A stretch of DNA of 63,700 nt, the filler included, from Choristocarpus tenellus KU-1152 (Eukaryota; Protista; Phaeophyceae), in the NCBI GenBank assembly GCA_964200185.2. It is 13 parts of 13 records of this genome, joined end to end, with 100 filler letters (N's around TTAATTAATTAA, not from the genome) between each part and the next. Parts side by side here need not be neighbours in the genome. Positions count along the whole stretch, not along the records: positions 21,412 to 27,192 come from CAXNAD020009770.1; positions 27,293 to 32,162 come from CAXNAD020012715.1; positions 32,263 to 35,808 come from CAXNAD020019344.1; positions 35,909 to 41,709 come from CAXNAD020009723.1; 9 more parts are not named here. One strand, given 5' to 3'. Positions 26,806 through 40,194 of this stretch are shown here, piece after piece. A program made the translations under genes and the position numbers. The notes below the pieces were generated by a model. The model worked only from the letters and a program-made list of their open reading frames with translations. It did not search any database and had not been told where the DNA came from. Within the stretch, counting starts at the first letter, position 1, and each line of letters starts with the position of its first letter.

Positions 26806-27371
26806 TTCAGGAACACACCTGGCCTAATCAATTGCCACCATTGTTGTCAAGAACATTTAACATGTTGTGCTTCGAACCCTCAAGGCGATGTCCCTGTGAC
26901 TACATCTACTGCTCATAGCGTGAGTTGCCGGTCTGATACAGCATCAAACTCCATAAATAGAAGTAGAAATGAAGATTTGAATCCTTTTTAAAGGCAAACT
27001 CGTAGGCGACTTCCCTGCTAGGTCGTTGACGTTTTTCCTAATCAAGTGCACACATGTTTTTGAACCACACTCAAATGGATATTTTCATGGGCCCATACAC
27101 ATATGACTCAGAGTATCTGGGGGGGGGGGGGGGGGGGCCTACACCGGGGTGTCCTTTTGAACCCGGACAGGGAAAGGGGGACTTGCAGACCCNNNNNNNN
27201 NNNNNNNNNNNNNNNNNNNNNNNNNNNNNNNNNNNNTTAATTAATTAANNNNNNNNNNNNNNNNNNNNNNNNNNNNNNNNNNNNNNNNNNNNTTTTCTGG
27301 GTTTGTGAGATGCTGCGAGACTACTAAAGAAACAATAGAACAAAAAAGAGAAAAGGAGGGAAGAGGGGGGT

Positions 27372-27419
<48 letters not shown>

Positions 27420-27941
27420 GGTCAACTCTTTTTCATTTTCTTCTGTTTTTCTTCAATCGTCTTGAAGCTAAACCTCTTCAAAAAAGTACACCTACGTTAC
27501 GCTTGACCCAGGATAGTTAAGGTTCCGGTTCAAAAAGTCAAAAAACCGGGACGGGCCGGTAGCAGGACGACCTGCAGTCTATAGAGGGGATGCTCAGAGA
27601 GGCGGGGACGAGCACCATGCAACCAGCCCGATATTTTCAGGGAAGTGACGCCACAATTCAAGGGTTAGGGTTATGGCTCCAGTCTCTCAACGTCAACAAG
27701 CCCCCTCTCGGTCGCCACGTGAGGGCCCCCCCATTGCCGGATCTTGCCACTAACTAACGTTGTCTCCATGACCGAGGAGACAACGCCCTGCTCGAGTGGA
27801 AGGCGTTGGGGGAAACAAACGAACAGCTGAAGTAGCCAGGACGCCACTGCTGAACATCACTTTCAGCAGGGTGTACTCTTGATTGTGTGGAAGCGGTGGT
27901 GTGCTGCGTCACAGACATGGTTGTACAGGGCACCACAGCAA

Positions 27942-27973
<32 letters not shown>

Positions 27974-28026
27974 GTGTATCCCCCAACTACCACCAACGAT
28001 TAGCATGCCCCCAACCTCCACACCAG

Positions 28027-28077
28027 GGGGTTAGGGTTAGTTTTAGGGTGAGGGTTAGGGTTAGGGTTAGGGTTAGG
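28027..28077 (+). repeat. Interstitial telomere-like (TTAGGG)n; other tracts near 14262, 14642, 27661, 29937, 43871, 54418, 62045, 62141, 63577
   Basis: Direct reading of TTAGGG/CCCTAA runs. Confidence 0.85.
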
Positions 28078-28535
28078 ATTCTCTGTATCGTTTCTGATTG
28101 CTCTCTCTACCGGGGCAGCCTGCCCAAGGTGCGCGCGAGGCTACATCACTGGCACCAACGAAAACGCATCACTGAGCACGGCTATAGATAAGGTCCTTAA
28201 GAGAACTGCGTTGTTTGCATTGGGTAAACCCTTCACCGTAGTCGAATGGACGGGTCTCTTACTAATAGCAGCTCACAAGACCCCGATTCCTCTCACTAAT
28301 AGCAGCTACCGTTTCACAAACTGGTCTCGGCTCTTTGAAACTTCGACAGATAGCGTCCGCGTTTATTTCACTGCAAGAATTACCGCTTTTTTCTTTTTTT
28401 TGTTTCAATCGTAAGATTATGTTACTCAAGGGATTGGTGTGTTCCTCCAGATCCAAGATTTTTACCCTAGTTTGAACAGACCCCTCCCTACCTAATATGT
28501 CAGCACACATACTACTGAATATATCGACATCGTAC

Positions 28536-28636
28536 CTTGCTCTTGCTGGCCGAGCTGGACTTGCCCTTCCCCACAGCAGGAGACTTCCTGCCTCCTTTCT
28601 TCGCTGGAGTCGAGCTCCCAGACTTCTGCCCCCCCC

Positions 28637-28696
<60 letters not shown>

Positions 28697-28931
28697 ACCT
28701 GTCCTCGTTTTCACCTGCGTTTATGGCTGCTGAACCCAAGATTGGTTGGCGAGTAGCCGCAGCGAGGTCATTGTGGACGTGGAGTAATTTGGGGCGGCGG
28801 TTAGGTGATAGGTCGGGATGGTTGCACAGCTCCACTAGGAGGTGGAGGTGGTGGGCGACATCGGTGGCGATAGCAGGAACTGTGATCCGATTGGCGGTGA
28901 GGAGAGGGCGTATCCGGGGCAAGCGCTTCTC
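28536..28931 (-). CDS. Probable internal exon of an unidentified gene
   Basis: AATAG acceptor, AAG/GTACGA donor, 396 nt open in phase 0 (EKRLPRIRPLL...LHLLVELCNHPDL...poly-Gly...KSSSASKSK). Confidence 0.5.
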
Positions 28932-29075
28932 CTATTTTTGCATTGATTTTGTTTGTTCGTCTTCACCGTATTTTTTATCGGAGGGAGTAATTTTCCCAGA
29001 TTTTTATATATATGTATATATCACTTTTCTGGGAACTTTTCTAAAATATTTATTTTATTTTTGATTAGGGTTATT

Positions 29076-29106
<31 letters not shown>

Positions 29107-29337
29107 CAGTTGGTCGGATCTAATCGGCAGTATCAATAATAATAACAATAATAGTAACAATGATAAAATAGTGCTGTTAAAGATGTTCTGTTAATAGTTC
29201 TGAAATGGCACAGCGAAGGTTAAGAGTTTTTTTTTTTAGGGTTTTTCAAATATTGAATAAAGGTACTTTGTGTTATTGATTAAAAACAATAAGAAGATGG
29301 TGTTATTTTTGTTGGGGGGTTTTTTGCATTGATTTCA

Positions 29338-29468
29338 GGGGTTAGGGTTAGGGCTGTAATGTTTGGATTAGGGCTAGGGTTGTAATATTTGGATTAGGGT
29401 TAGGGCTATTATATTTGGGTTAGGGTTAGGCTGTAGTATTTGGGTTAGGGTTAGAGCTGTAATATTTG
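29338..29468 (+). repeat. Telomere-derived minisatellite, about 5 x 25 bp
   Basis: Unit approximately GGRTTAGGGTTAGGGCTGTAATATTT. Confidence 0.8.
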
Positions 29469-30171
29469 AGAAGGAGATGATTGCTGTAAGGTCTATTTTA
29501 TCCTTCTTTTTTTTTTAAGGCTTGTGTGTTAGGCTTGTGCTCACTCTTGCTGTGAAAGTCTTCATCTGAAATACATGTGTATATATATATGTATCATATA
29601 TATACATATGTATGTACGCTTGAGGATAAGGTCGAGAATAACACACGGTCTTGAAATATACAGTCTTGACACGTAGGCACTCCCTACATGTTCAAATCTT
29701 TTATCTGTGTGTCTGTGTGTCTGTGTCTATGTGTCTATGTGTCTGTGTTTGTATGTTTGTTTGTATGTGTCTATGTCTCTGTGTTTGTGTGTTTGTTTGT
29801 ATGTGTCTTTGTGTCTGTGTGTGTGTGTTTTTTTTCAAGTACCTTTTTTTGTTATTTTCTTCCTTTGATGGCTTTCGGGCTTCATTTAAATATATATATA
29901 TATATATCCTGAGCACAGTAGAAAAGAGAATGGACTCTAACCCTAACCCTAACCCTATAAAACTATTAAAAAAAAAATAGATTATTCAAAAAAAATATAT
30001 ATATATTGCGCTGGGACACCCCCGCTGGGCTGCACGGGATGCCGGCAAGTGGCAACCCTACTCCATGAGCTACGACGTGCAGGAGAAGTGTATGGAGGCG
30101 TGCTGCTTGGCGTTGTTTCCATATGTATTGGGACTGGTATGGGGGCAGCAGCAGTTTTTGAGGCCTGTTAA

Positions 30172-30330
30172 TTCAGATTACCCAGGTCTGACTGAACTCT
30201 TCTTGACAAAACACCACTATTCTGTTAGTTCAGATTCTCCAGGTCTTCTCCAGGTCTGATCTCTTGATAAAACATTGCGCCATTCTGTCAGTTCAGATTC
30301 CCCAGGTCTGACTGAACTCTTGACAAAACA
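30172..30330. repeat. Imperfect tandem repeat, about 2.7 x 57-63 bp
   Basis: TTCAGATT-CCCAGGTCTGA...CTCTTGACAAAACA recurs three times. Confidence 0.8.
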
Positions 30331-30455
30331 AAAGAAAAAAAATCCGCCTGCGACCTGAAATATCCTCCCCCCCATCCCCTCCCCCCCCTCCCCTCCCCTC
30401 CCTCCCCTCCCCTACTCTTGGCCTCTGCTTCGCCCTCCCCCTCCAAATGTCACAG

Positions 30456-30692
30456 GCCTTGCCTTTCGGGAAGGGGTCCACATGGGAGGCGTTTTCCGAA
30501 CCCCTCACCCGACTCGTCCCCTCCGGGTTAGCCGCTTGGACGAGCGCTCCAGACCCTTCTTACGGCTTCAGTGTGGCCCAGATGATGTATGTGCTCTGGG
30601 CGTATGGATGGGCGGCCTACTACTCGTGCGCCTTCCTGCCTTATAGAATGCTGTACAAGGAGTACCAAAGTCTTGAGAGGCGCGTGCATCAG
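30456..30692 (+). CDS. Probable exon of an unidentified membrane protein
   Basis: Pyrimidine tract plus CACAG acceptor, CAG/GTTTGT donor, 79 codons including a hydrophobic segment (VAQMMYVLWAYGWAAYYSCAFLPY). Confidence 0.55.
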
Positions 30693-30737
30693 GTTTGTAC
30701 GCGGCGAAGGCGGTTTGTTTGATGGGCGCTTTCTTTG

Positions 30738-30781
<44 letters not shown>

Positions 30782-30989
30782 TAACCTGTGTGCTGCTGTT
30801 GTGTTGTACTCTCCCCCTCCGTCCCCGTAAGTCTGTGCCATTGAGTTGTAGCTCTGTGTGGGACGAACTCCGATTTTAAAAAAGAGGGGGACTTTTTGCG
30901 ATGTGAATTCCTCGGAATATTTTACGCTCGAGAATTATTTTTTATTTTTTTAGAGAATTTGTTCAAAGAATTCTGTTCTGAAATGGTTC

Positions 30990-32120
30990 CGGAAGAATAG
31001 GACGTAGGAAACGGGGCATGTTCTTCAACTATCTCACAGTCCCGTAGTAAGTCTGTACCGTTAACATTTTTTTTTTAAATTAAATGTGAGATTCAGAAAA
31101 CTACAAAGAAAATATCGTTCGATAGCCAAAAACGTTGGCCTGCGTACAGATATCTTCAAAAGTATTTTTTTTCATTTCGAAAATATTTTTGCGAAAGCCG
31201 CCCTCACATCACAAACGTTTTTTGTTTGTTTTTTAAATTCGGAAATGACAGATTATTTTACAGCAAAAACGGCAAAAAATCGGTTCAAAAATGTCCTTAA
31301 AAAAAAAAGAAGGCGGTTATAATAATAAATCAGCTGTAACATCTCGACGAGACCTCCGATTGGAGACGCGCGAAGATGCGTTGTATTCCTTGCTAAGGCG
31401 TTAGATGCATTATATTCCTTGTTAAGGTGTTACATACATACACACACACACACACACACATATAGCGTTGCCAAGACTTTGGTGGATTGAGATAGACAAT
31501 GAGAGAGAGAGAGAGAGAGAGAGGTTTAGTTTGATGAAAAAAATGCCTTACCAACGAATACAACCCAACTAACCGTGTCATCATTGGAGGTCTTGGTGAG
31601 TTGTTCCGGCTGATTATAACCTGTAACCATCATTTCCAGCGAAATTTGTCCAATTTTTCTGCTTTTCCTACGAAACTGTGCTTTTCCGGAACAGAAAACC
31701 AACATTTGTGTTCAGGGTGAGGGGCGGTTTCTCAACCATTTCGAAATAATATATATATTTATTTATTTTTTTGAAGATATATCTATCTTTATGCGCGAGG
31801 AGCCGAAGTTATGTTGACTTTCGGATGGTATTGTATGACATTTTCTGAATCTTGCATTCAAAAAGGTTTATTCACAGAAAACCAACAATGAATAACGATT
31901 TCTGAATCTTGCATTCAAAACGGTTTATTCACAGAAAACCAACAATGAATAACGATTTCTGAATCTTGCATTCAAAAATGTTTATTCACAAAAAACCATG
32001 AATAACGATTTTTGAATCTTGCATTCAAAAAGGTTTATTCAGACATATTCGGGATAGAGGAGTACATGAAGGAATACCGATCCATCGGAGTAGGTGGCTC
32101 CTCGCTCGCCCTATTCCCCC
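30990..32120. mobile_element. Old foldback element with long degenerate inverted arms
   Basis: Collinear inverted blocks, e.g. GGTTATA..ATCAGC..GACCTCC (31315-31360) vs GGAGGTC..GCTGATTATAACC (31585-31620); GATATCTTCAAAA vs TTTTGAAGATAT; AGATTCAGAAAA vs TTTTCTGAATCT. Confidence 0.55.
31843..32042. repeat. Tandem repeat, about 3.5 x 57 bp
   Basis: Unit TTCTGAATCTTGCATTCAAAAAGGTTTATTCACAGAAAACCAACAATGAATAACGAT. Confidence 0.9.
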
Positions 32121-32928
32121 CCTTATCCCGCCCCCTCCCCCCCCCCCTCCTGTGCCCACCATNNNNNNNNNNNNNNNNNNNNNNNNNNNNNNNNNNNNNN
32201 NNNNNNTTAATTAATTAANNNNNNNNNNNNNNNNNNNNNNNNNNNNNNNNNNNNNNNNNNNNTCAGTCGCCCCCCCCCCCCAAGATACTTTGAGTCAAAT
32301 AGCTTTGTGTTCTGGATCAAGGATTGATTGTAAGGAATACAGTAGTACTTGGAGGGTGTTGACTTCTGACTTTTTTTTCCAATTAATTTTCTCTTGTATA
32401 TGGGGCATTTTGTGTTACGTGAATCAATCATACCTACTGGGGCTACAGTAAAGTAGTTTAAAACTATACACTTGAAGAAACCAAGAAGGAAGATATCAAA
32501 CTGTAGAGAATGGCTGTTCCTTGGATGACTGAGTTCACATGACCTTGTGAAGAAGACTCTGCAGTATGTGAAAGATCCTTATTTTTTTCCAAAGCACATT
32601 GTATTTCACACCTCAGACAGAGCAACACTGAATACATGCATAGGTTGACTTAGAACACTCTGTCAGATTTGGCCAAATAATGCCTCGTTCAGGATAACAC
32701 CCGAGGTCATTTCCTTGATGGTCACAATTTTCCAAACGATGCTTGAGGTTAACCAATTGAGAGGTAGACAGGTTTGGACCCTTTTGCATTCCAAGCCATC
32801 TTTCTTACCCTGTGTAACGAACTCTATTTCATTGCTTTATGCACACAATAGTGTACGCAAATATTATACTCCCCCTTTCCACACGCAAAGAGACACCACA
32901 GTGCAACAAAGGTTTCTTTTCTTCAATG

Positions 32929-33122
32929 AACAGCCGATTTCAAAAATTGAGTATGGAGCTTTTCAATGAGGATGGGCTTGACCCAAAATCGACTGGGATA
33001 AAGTGTCGATATGTTTTGTATTGCAATACAAAAAAAATATATCGACACTGTATCCCAGTCAATTTTGGGTCAAGCCCATCCTCAATGAAAAGCTCCATCC
33101 TCAATTTTTGAAATCGGCTGTT
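32929..33122. mobile_element. Palindromic foldback MITE (family C)
   Basis: Arms of about 84 bp with 4 mismatches (AACAGCCGATTTC...GAAATCGGCTGTT); central GTATTGCAATAC. Confidence 0.9.
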
Positions 33123-35736
33123 AATTGCACAAAATGGCGTGTTCTTGCCTTTTCTTGGGATCCCTTAAACGCAATCCTGCCTACCTTTAAATTGGTTTGG
33201 CTCGCTTGAAACTCATTCGCCTATATCGTGGGTTATCCAAGACAATGGTTGGGGGCTTGTGTCCTTGGGGCTGTGCGTTGAATGGAGTTATAATTTTGTA
33301 GGGTTGTGGATGTGAGGAAGGACTTAATAGAAATCGAAAGGGAAAGGATAAAATCATATTTCGAAACATTTTAAATTTTGAATGGGTGGCTGTCATTGAT
33401 GTTGGAGAAAACCACAGATACCGGTGTTATAAATAAGTTAGTTTTTTCCCTTACGATTTCTGACACAAGCCTTTCCTCCCGCCCAGAACTCACAAAAGCA
33501 AAACACGATGAAAAGATACTACCTAAATGTCTGTTCTCAAGACAGTTTCCCAGACGATTTCCTCTGCAATATTGAACCTTGGCTATGACAATTCTTGGTA
33601 CTATATGATCTATATATGTAGTTTACAAGGTCCATTGCCATTTAGGTCGTGAAAAGAGTATGTTAACCACTTTACACCTCACACACACATGGTTACCATG
33701 GTTTTTGATAGGATTTCGGCACATGAAACTGTTGACTACGGCATATATATATGATGTTGCTCACTATCCTCACTATATATGTAACTGATTAGTACATAAT
33801 TTGCAAGTATATATCATCATGCCGTAAGGACCTCGACTTCTTGGTGATAATTCCTTCATTTTGTAGATGGCCCACGCCCCAAAATGCCTTGTTTAATGAA
33901 TCATCGATTGTTCTGGGGCTTGTCGTAATCTAAGGTCCAGTATGTATTGTTGCAAGGCGCAATTAGTAGATCCCCATACAATGTAGTCCCCGCTACCAGA
34001 GATTTCAGGTGAGAGGTACTTCGACCCTTGACTGCCAGGTAGCGAGCTTTCGTCTTCTCTGCCATCCTTGGTCGCTATTTCGATATATCGGGGTGACGAA
34101 TATCGTTGTATTTTCGATGTCGATATTATTAATTTGGAAATATACTCTAAGAACACCACAATAACATTGCCCCATTGTGACTCTCAAGCTTACAGCTTGT
34201 AGGTTTACGGTTGATTCGTCACCTTGGTGCCTGGTGTTGGTATGTATGTTTGGCTTGGTGAAGTGGATCACATCACACGATGCAGAATGTAAAATATGTA
34301 CAGCGGTTTCCAAAAATATGGGAAGGTGTTCCCAGTTGTCGAGGCCCAGCAAAACACCCTCATTTGCCTGACGAGCGGTCAAGAAATATTCCGACCCCGA
34401 CCCGCCACCTAAAATCTTTGCCCCCCGGTGTCTTAAATACACTTTTATGGGCGCCCTCGCAGCTCAGTGATTAATGGGTGGTGTTCCTTATATCAATATC
34501 AAGGAAACAAGGGTCAAGCGGACAAACCTGGCTTTTGGGCACGCAGGGACCTTGCAGACTTTTGACATTCTTCCCTCGCTCCTCGCCCACCTTAATAGGG
34601 CTATGCTGGAGCCATAGTGGTACGAATATTGCTTCATAGGGAACCGTCTCCCAGGGGAACTTGTTTATAGTTCACTTTTTTTTTTGTGCCGTTTCAAATT
34701 GACTAAAGTTTTTGTAGCCCTAGATCTGGTCTTTTCCTCCTCTGACACATCTACAAAATGTCAAAGGGCACATTGATACTTCGAAATAATATATACCACA
34801 GGTTTGAACCCCCTCGACGATACCAGATTTCCATTAAAGGAAATCTGGTTTTATGTTCCGAGGTCAGTCTGGCAAGCATATCCCATCTGTGCCTGCAACA
34901 CAAAAATTTGGGAAAATCGAAGCGAGGCGGCAAGGCTTCATTGTCGAGCGACAAAGAGAGGGGTCCCGCACAAGATTTGAGGGAGGAGGGAGAGTGATGA
35001 GCTCTGGGATGGCTGAACACAATGGGTGAGGAGCAACAAGTAATGAACAATTAGTCGCAGTCCAACAGTTACTTCATATAGTAGGTACTACGAGAAAGTA
35101 CTGCTGCAGTTTGCAGTGCCTTTGACCACTGGTCGGGATGGGATAGTCCTGAGGGTAAATCGGAGAATAAAATCATATCACTTCCATTACACCACTGGTA
35201 AATCCCAACTCTGATGACTCTTAGCCATAGTATTTGAGGGGGGAGGGTACCGCTCAGTTTTATCCCTCTGACTTATGGTAGCACACATTTTTTGGAGCAC
35301 ACAGTCCACAGGTGTAGATTACATTCTGACTTTTTGTAGGACATTGATGATCTCTTGGAGAAGGAAACTATCCTTATTGATGCCCTTTTGAGACACGTTC
35401 ATCTTCTTTAAACAACGTTGGAAAATCCTTTGACCTAAACGTTGTCAAAACACCCCCCTCTCTCAGTTAACTTGTCTGGCGGCTCTGATAGCACCTAGTA
35501 CTGCTACGAATGCTGTCTAGCGCTATGAAGAGCATTGTAGGTAATGTTATTGTGAAGTGGAGTTATCCACTATATATATATTATTACTATGCCATCTGAC
35601 ATTTTATTATTACTATGCAGTCTGACATTTTGCAAATGTGTCTGGGAAAAAGTCAAACCTATACACTATTGTATTTATCACTCTCTTCGCATCAGTTTGT
35701 GGAGGGGTCCGAAACTTGTGGTCAAAAGGTAGTTTA

Positions 35737-35808
35737 AACAGCCGATTTCAAAAATTGAGGATGGAGCTTTTCATTGAGGATGGGCTTGACCCAAAATTGA
35801 CTGGGATA
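35737..35808. mobile_element. Second family C copy, truncated at contig end
   Basis: Matches the reverse complement of the right arm of 32929-33122. Confidence 0.85.
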
Positions 35809-36801
35809 NNNNNNNNNNNNNNNNNNNNNNNNNNNNNNNNNNNNNNNNNNNNTTAATTAATTAANNNNNNNNNNNNNNNNNNNNNNNNNNNNNNNNNNNN
35901 NNNNNNNNCAACATTGGATTTTGGCCCCCAAATGGACGCGGCTCTACCTTCTAAGATACTTCGACTCCAGGTCCAAATGTACCCACCTGGCAGCTGCCAT
36001 CACCCTGGCATGCTCTCGTTCCTCCTCTGGCCCGCACTCCTCCCATCCCACATTGCTCTCCTCCTGAGAGAGTGGAAAAGTGTGCAAGATCTAATGTGTC
36101 AATTCAATTGAGGTTATTCAAGAAAGTTACCTCCCTCTTGTACTCTTCCTCAATCAATTCCTAACTGATGAAAACTATCGCCTCCAAACCACTTGAGCGA
36201 TCTGTTCAAATATCTTCATTACCTCCACTCTGTTTCTCCTGAACTCAAAATTTGGGGCTAGGATACACAATGATCCGAATACCGGACTCTCCAAATTGAG
36301 ATGGACCCTGAGAGCGGTGCCACCCAGGAAAGTGATGCAAGAAAGAGGAGGGGGGAACGAGTGCGGAATCTAAACTGTTTTGTAGTCCTACAACAATTGA
36401 CTGTCTTGTTGATCAGTGGAAGGTTGCACCCAAGTAGCACATTATACCTTCAGCAATGGGATATCATCTCTGTTTCATGCCCTGCGTAGTATATATGCTG
36501 CTTGAAGTACTCAGCATTCATAGCATACACTGTGGGTATAATGTTAGGACTAGAACTTGCCATGCTACTGATCAGGTTGTCTAATAAGAATGTCACCGTG
36601 CTGGTCCTGTAAGTTTTGATTGCTATGCTGAATTGTGTTGAAGACGGTTGTAGTCATGTAGACTCTAGGCCTGAAGTGTACATAATACAAGATGTAATCA
36701 CTTTTTGGGGTAGTCCAGAGTGGATATTTTCCTACACTCTGCAAATGTGTTCACATCGCAGTATTTTAGTGGATACAAGGATTGTATTTTCCTATCACAA
36801 A

Positions 36802-37061
36802 GAGTGAAAGTATCTTAGAGAGGGTGTAAGTTTTTCCCTGTTTGTCCATTTGGGGCTTGGCTTCCCTTGGAGTTTTCATGACATTTTCCTACTCCAAGAT
36901 ATTTCGGAGTAGGCAAAATGTTTACATTATGAAAAGGTGTGTCCGGGACAAGGATATTAAGACTTCCTAACAAACACGATAGCCAAAATTACATCGAAAT
37001 CGCAACATTGGATTTTGGTCCCCAAATGGATGCGGCTCTACCCTCTACAACACTTTGACTC
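36802..37061. mobile_element. MITE family B (reverse); another B end at 35909-35967
   Basis: GAGTGAAAGTATCTTAGAG...CACTTTGACTC; AAA on both flanks. Confidence 0.85.
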
Positions 37062-40000
37062 AAACACACCAATGAATGAAGAACTTCAGCCTTGACTCCA
37101 ACATGATCCACCTGAGGTATCGTCAAGAAGGAAGACAGGGGGAGGAACAAATATCAGCCCCTATTTTGGGTGAATATCTCTTCTAAAGGGAACCACAGTC
37201 CACTGTGTAACATGAATAGATGAGAGGAGATAGTACTCATGATGCAACTCCAAATGTACATGGAAGGGGTGTATAGACCAAGATTAGTAGAGTCTCGACA
37301 GGAGGACCAAAGGACATATATACAACCCTGTGACAGGAGTCTTGAGCGAACAGCTTGTAGCACCATGCACTATGTCTGTAAGTGAAACAGATGACCCATT
37401 GTCTGAATCACTAGGCAGAGATTTCTTCATTCCAGAATGAACAATATAGAAGTCAGCAGACAATCTTGGTGGTGCTGTGCATGTATGTACCTTGATATTC
37501 TGGACCAAAATATCCAGAAGCACAGCTATCGCTGCCCCAACAAGACACCCCAGAGCAAACATCTGAGCATCATCCTGAGAATAAGGGAAGGGAATGATGA
37601 CCAATAAGCATTGTGTTGTGGAAATAGTGACAACAGTTTGCTCTGCTACTACCAAGGGCTCTGCACTTCGGATTGCTCTGCTTAACAAAACTCCACGATG
37701 GTTCTAGTATCAAGAGTCTGAATCTGAGCGACTGTGATGTAAAATACTACATGTTTACCATCCCATATTTGTGGCAGTTACTGTGTTCCTCCTTAAAATG
37801 AAGCTTGTTGCTTTGTGTAACTGTTGATAGAGTGATCACAGGCGACTATGGTTGTATCTTACCCAACACCAACCAAATTTCAAAACCAAAGTTGTAATAT
37901 TGTTGATATGTTGCTGGGATGAGAGGTCCCTATTTGTGGAACACAAGGTTAAGGCTGATTTTTTGGAGGTAATGGATTTGTGTAACTCTTAGGTATACCC
38001 TTTGACGTAAAGTAATTCTACTATACACTTACAATAGCTGTGAGATCTTCTCAATCCTTTTTCTGTTATACCTTTCCTCACCAGAACGCAGTGAGCTTAC
38101 ACAATAACGCCTCCCAGCAATTGCCAAGGTTCAAGTACGAAACTCTCATAATCCATCATGTGTACTTAGATATTTCATGGGTAAGTTCAACCCATGCGCC
38201 CTTTGGAATAGGTAAGGAAAACCTGGTCTCCATAGCAGAAATCACTATGTTTATCTTTTCTGTATATATATAACATGTAGCCAAACTGAACTGACAAGAA
38301 ATCGGGAACAGTGTGTTGTCAAAAGTGGAGCACATAATGTTATACTTCTTCCAGGGCCAGGGAGCAATGAGTTGGTGCTGTGACCATGCACTTCTTATGC
38401 AAATCAGCACATAATAATGATTACATTACCTGTACTTCGACATCCCCATCCATGTGGGTCTGCTCTTTCCATGTTTCGAGTATTCGTGTGGCACAGAAGT
38501 CGAACGTGTGATTGGACTTCCCCTGTTGGAAGGCATCTTTGGGGTGTCACGCAGAAGGGGAGACAAGGTTGAGGGGATGGAGGATGGAGGTGAAGAAGAG
38601 ACTCCAGGAATACTAAGGCGTACTAGCAGTACTTTTTATGCAAGAAGAGGGGGGCAGGAAAATCTTTTAAATTATCTTCTCCAACAAATAACTTCTCCAG
38701 AATATGTGACTACTACTGCGGGATTTGACATGATTCCATAGAAGTTAGCAGGAGTGAAGTGAGGCGAAGGGCAAGGGCAATGGACTAACACTCTCTCTTG
38801 CTCACATCACCCCCATACCTGCATTGGGTGGTACAGCCCAGTGTGGTGGAAGACAGTAGTCATAATGATATGTGTTGTTGCCTTTTGCATCCTGCAAGCC
38901 CCTGAACAGTCTGTAGTGACTCAAGAGAAAGGGGCGGGTTTCGCATTTTGAAGGAGGAAATAATGTTACCTTAGGAAGCAATAAAGGTCATGTCAGGTGT
39001 GTAGATGCCTTTGAAAGGTGTCATCCACCATATGCAAAGAACCAATGAAAGGGGTTGAGTACTTTGAGATATTAAATTATTTCTCACCCTGGCCGTCTTT
39101 GTAGAAGTTGAGGTGCATTGGGATATTTAGAGTGGCGAGAGAGTTCGAAGAAGCGACATCTGGCGCTTCGAGGAGAGTTTATCAGAAAGGTGTCTGGCCA
39201 CTCACCGGACATGTTCTTCACTCTCGCGAGGGGAAGTAGCGAGGATTATGCAGGTACAAAGTGCCCACGCGAAAACTAGTAGCATACACCATGCCTTCAT
39301 GGCAGATCTCATCAGGACCTCACTTCTAGTGAGACCTTGTAGAGATCATGGACGACGGGGCAGACGACATTGTTGGAGTAGTCGCTTGATAGGAAGGAGC
39401 AGAGATTCTCAAAGAAACTACACGTGCATCATAAGGGGGATAGGGGAAATCCCAAGCAACACTCTACATACACCTAATAATACACTACGCACCAGCAAGC
39501 TCCTATCCCCTACATACATCAAACCCCACCCTTTCATAATTTCTATCAATATCGAGGTAATGCTGACACTCCTTCAAACTTCACTTCCACAAAGTTGCTC
39601 TATATAAGGAGAAGAGAGCGAAAGGTCGATAGCTCCGACGTAGTTGCCCACATATTCTATAACCGATGCACCTTGGAACAGTTATGATATCTATCCGCCT
39701 TCAGTAGGGCACCATGTACAGCATACGTCTGCATGTATGGTTAGTTGGCCTTTTCTTATGTACACCCAACAGGTGATCCGACTGCGCCGTCCCGATCAAA
39801 TCTAGTAGAACTCTATTCGCATCAGCACGTCCACCGTCTTTGCTACTGTATGATATTGTGACCCATCAACGACGGAAGGGCGGTCTATATATCCGACTAC
39901 TTACGGTACAGGTTATCTTACACTCTGGACTCCCTAACTAATGATCATCTATTTGAGTTGAAGCATAATATTTCAAGTCTAGATTCTCCTCATTCACCTG

Positions 40001-40194
40001 ACGATCCCCCCTGAATCAGAGTGAACTAATATGTGGAACACTGGTCAGAGAAGGCGAGCGCCACTGAAGTTCTAAGGTGTATAGATATCTGGATATATCA
40101 GCACCCCACCATTAGAGTTAACAATGCGGTTTCTTTTCCTTTTACACAGTAAGTTAACGACGCAATAATAGCATTTTCTGTAAGTATAACCGTT

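Noticed and set aside
27360-29980. Poly-Gly, poly-Pro and CVCV ORFs and long G/C runs
   Set aside because: Microsatellite or homopolymer translations; run lengths near contig ends are unreliable.
30172-32042. CRISPR-like arrays
   Set aside because: Tandem units without unique spacers, eukaryotic context, no cas genes.
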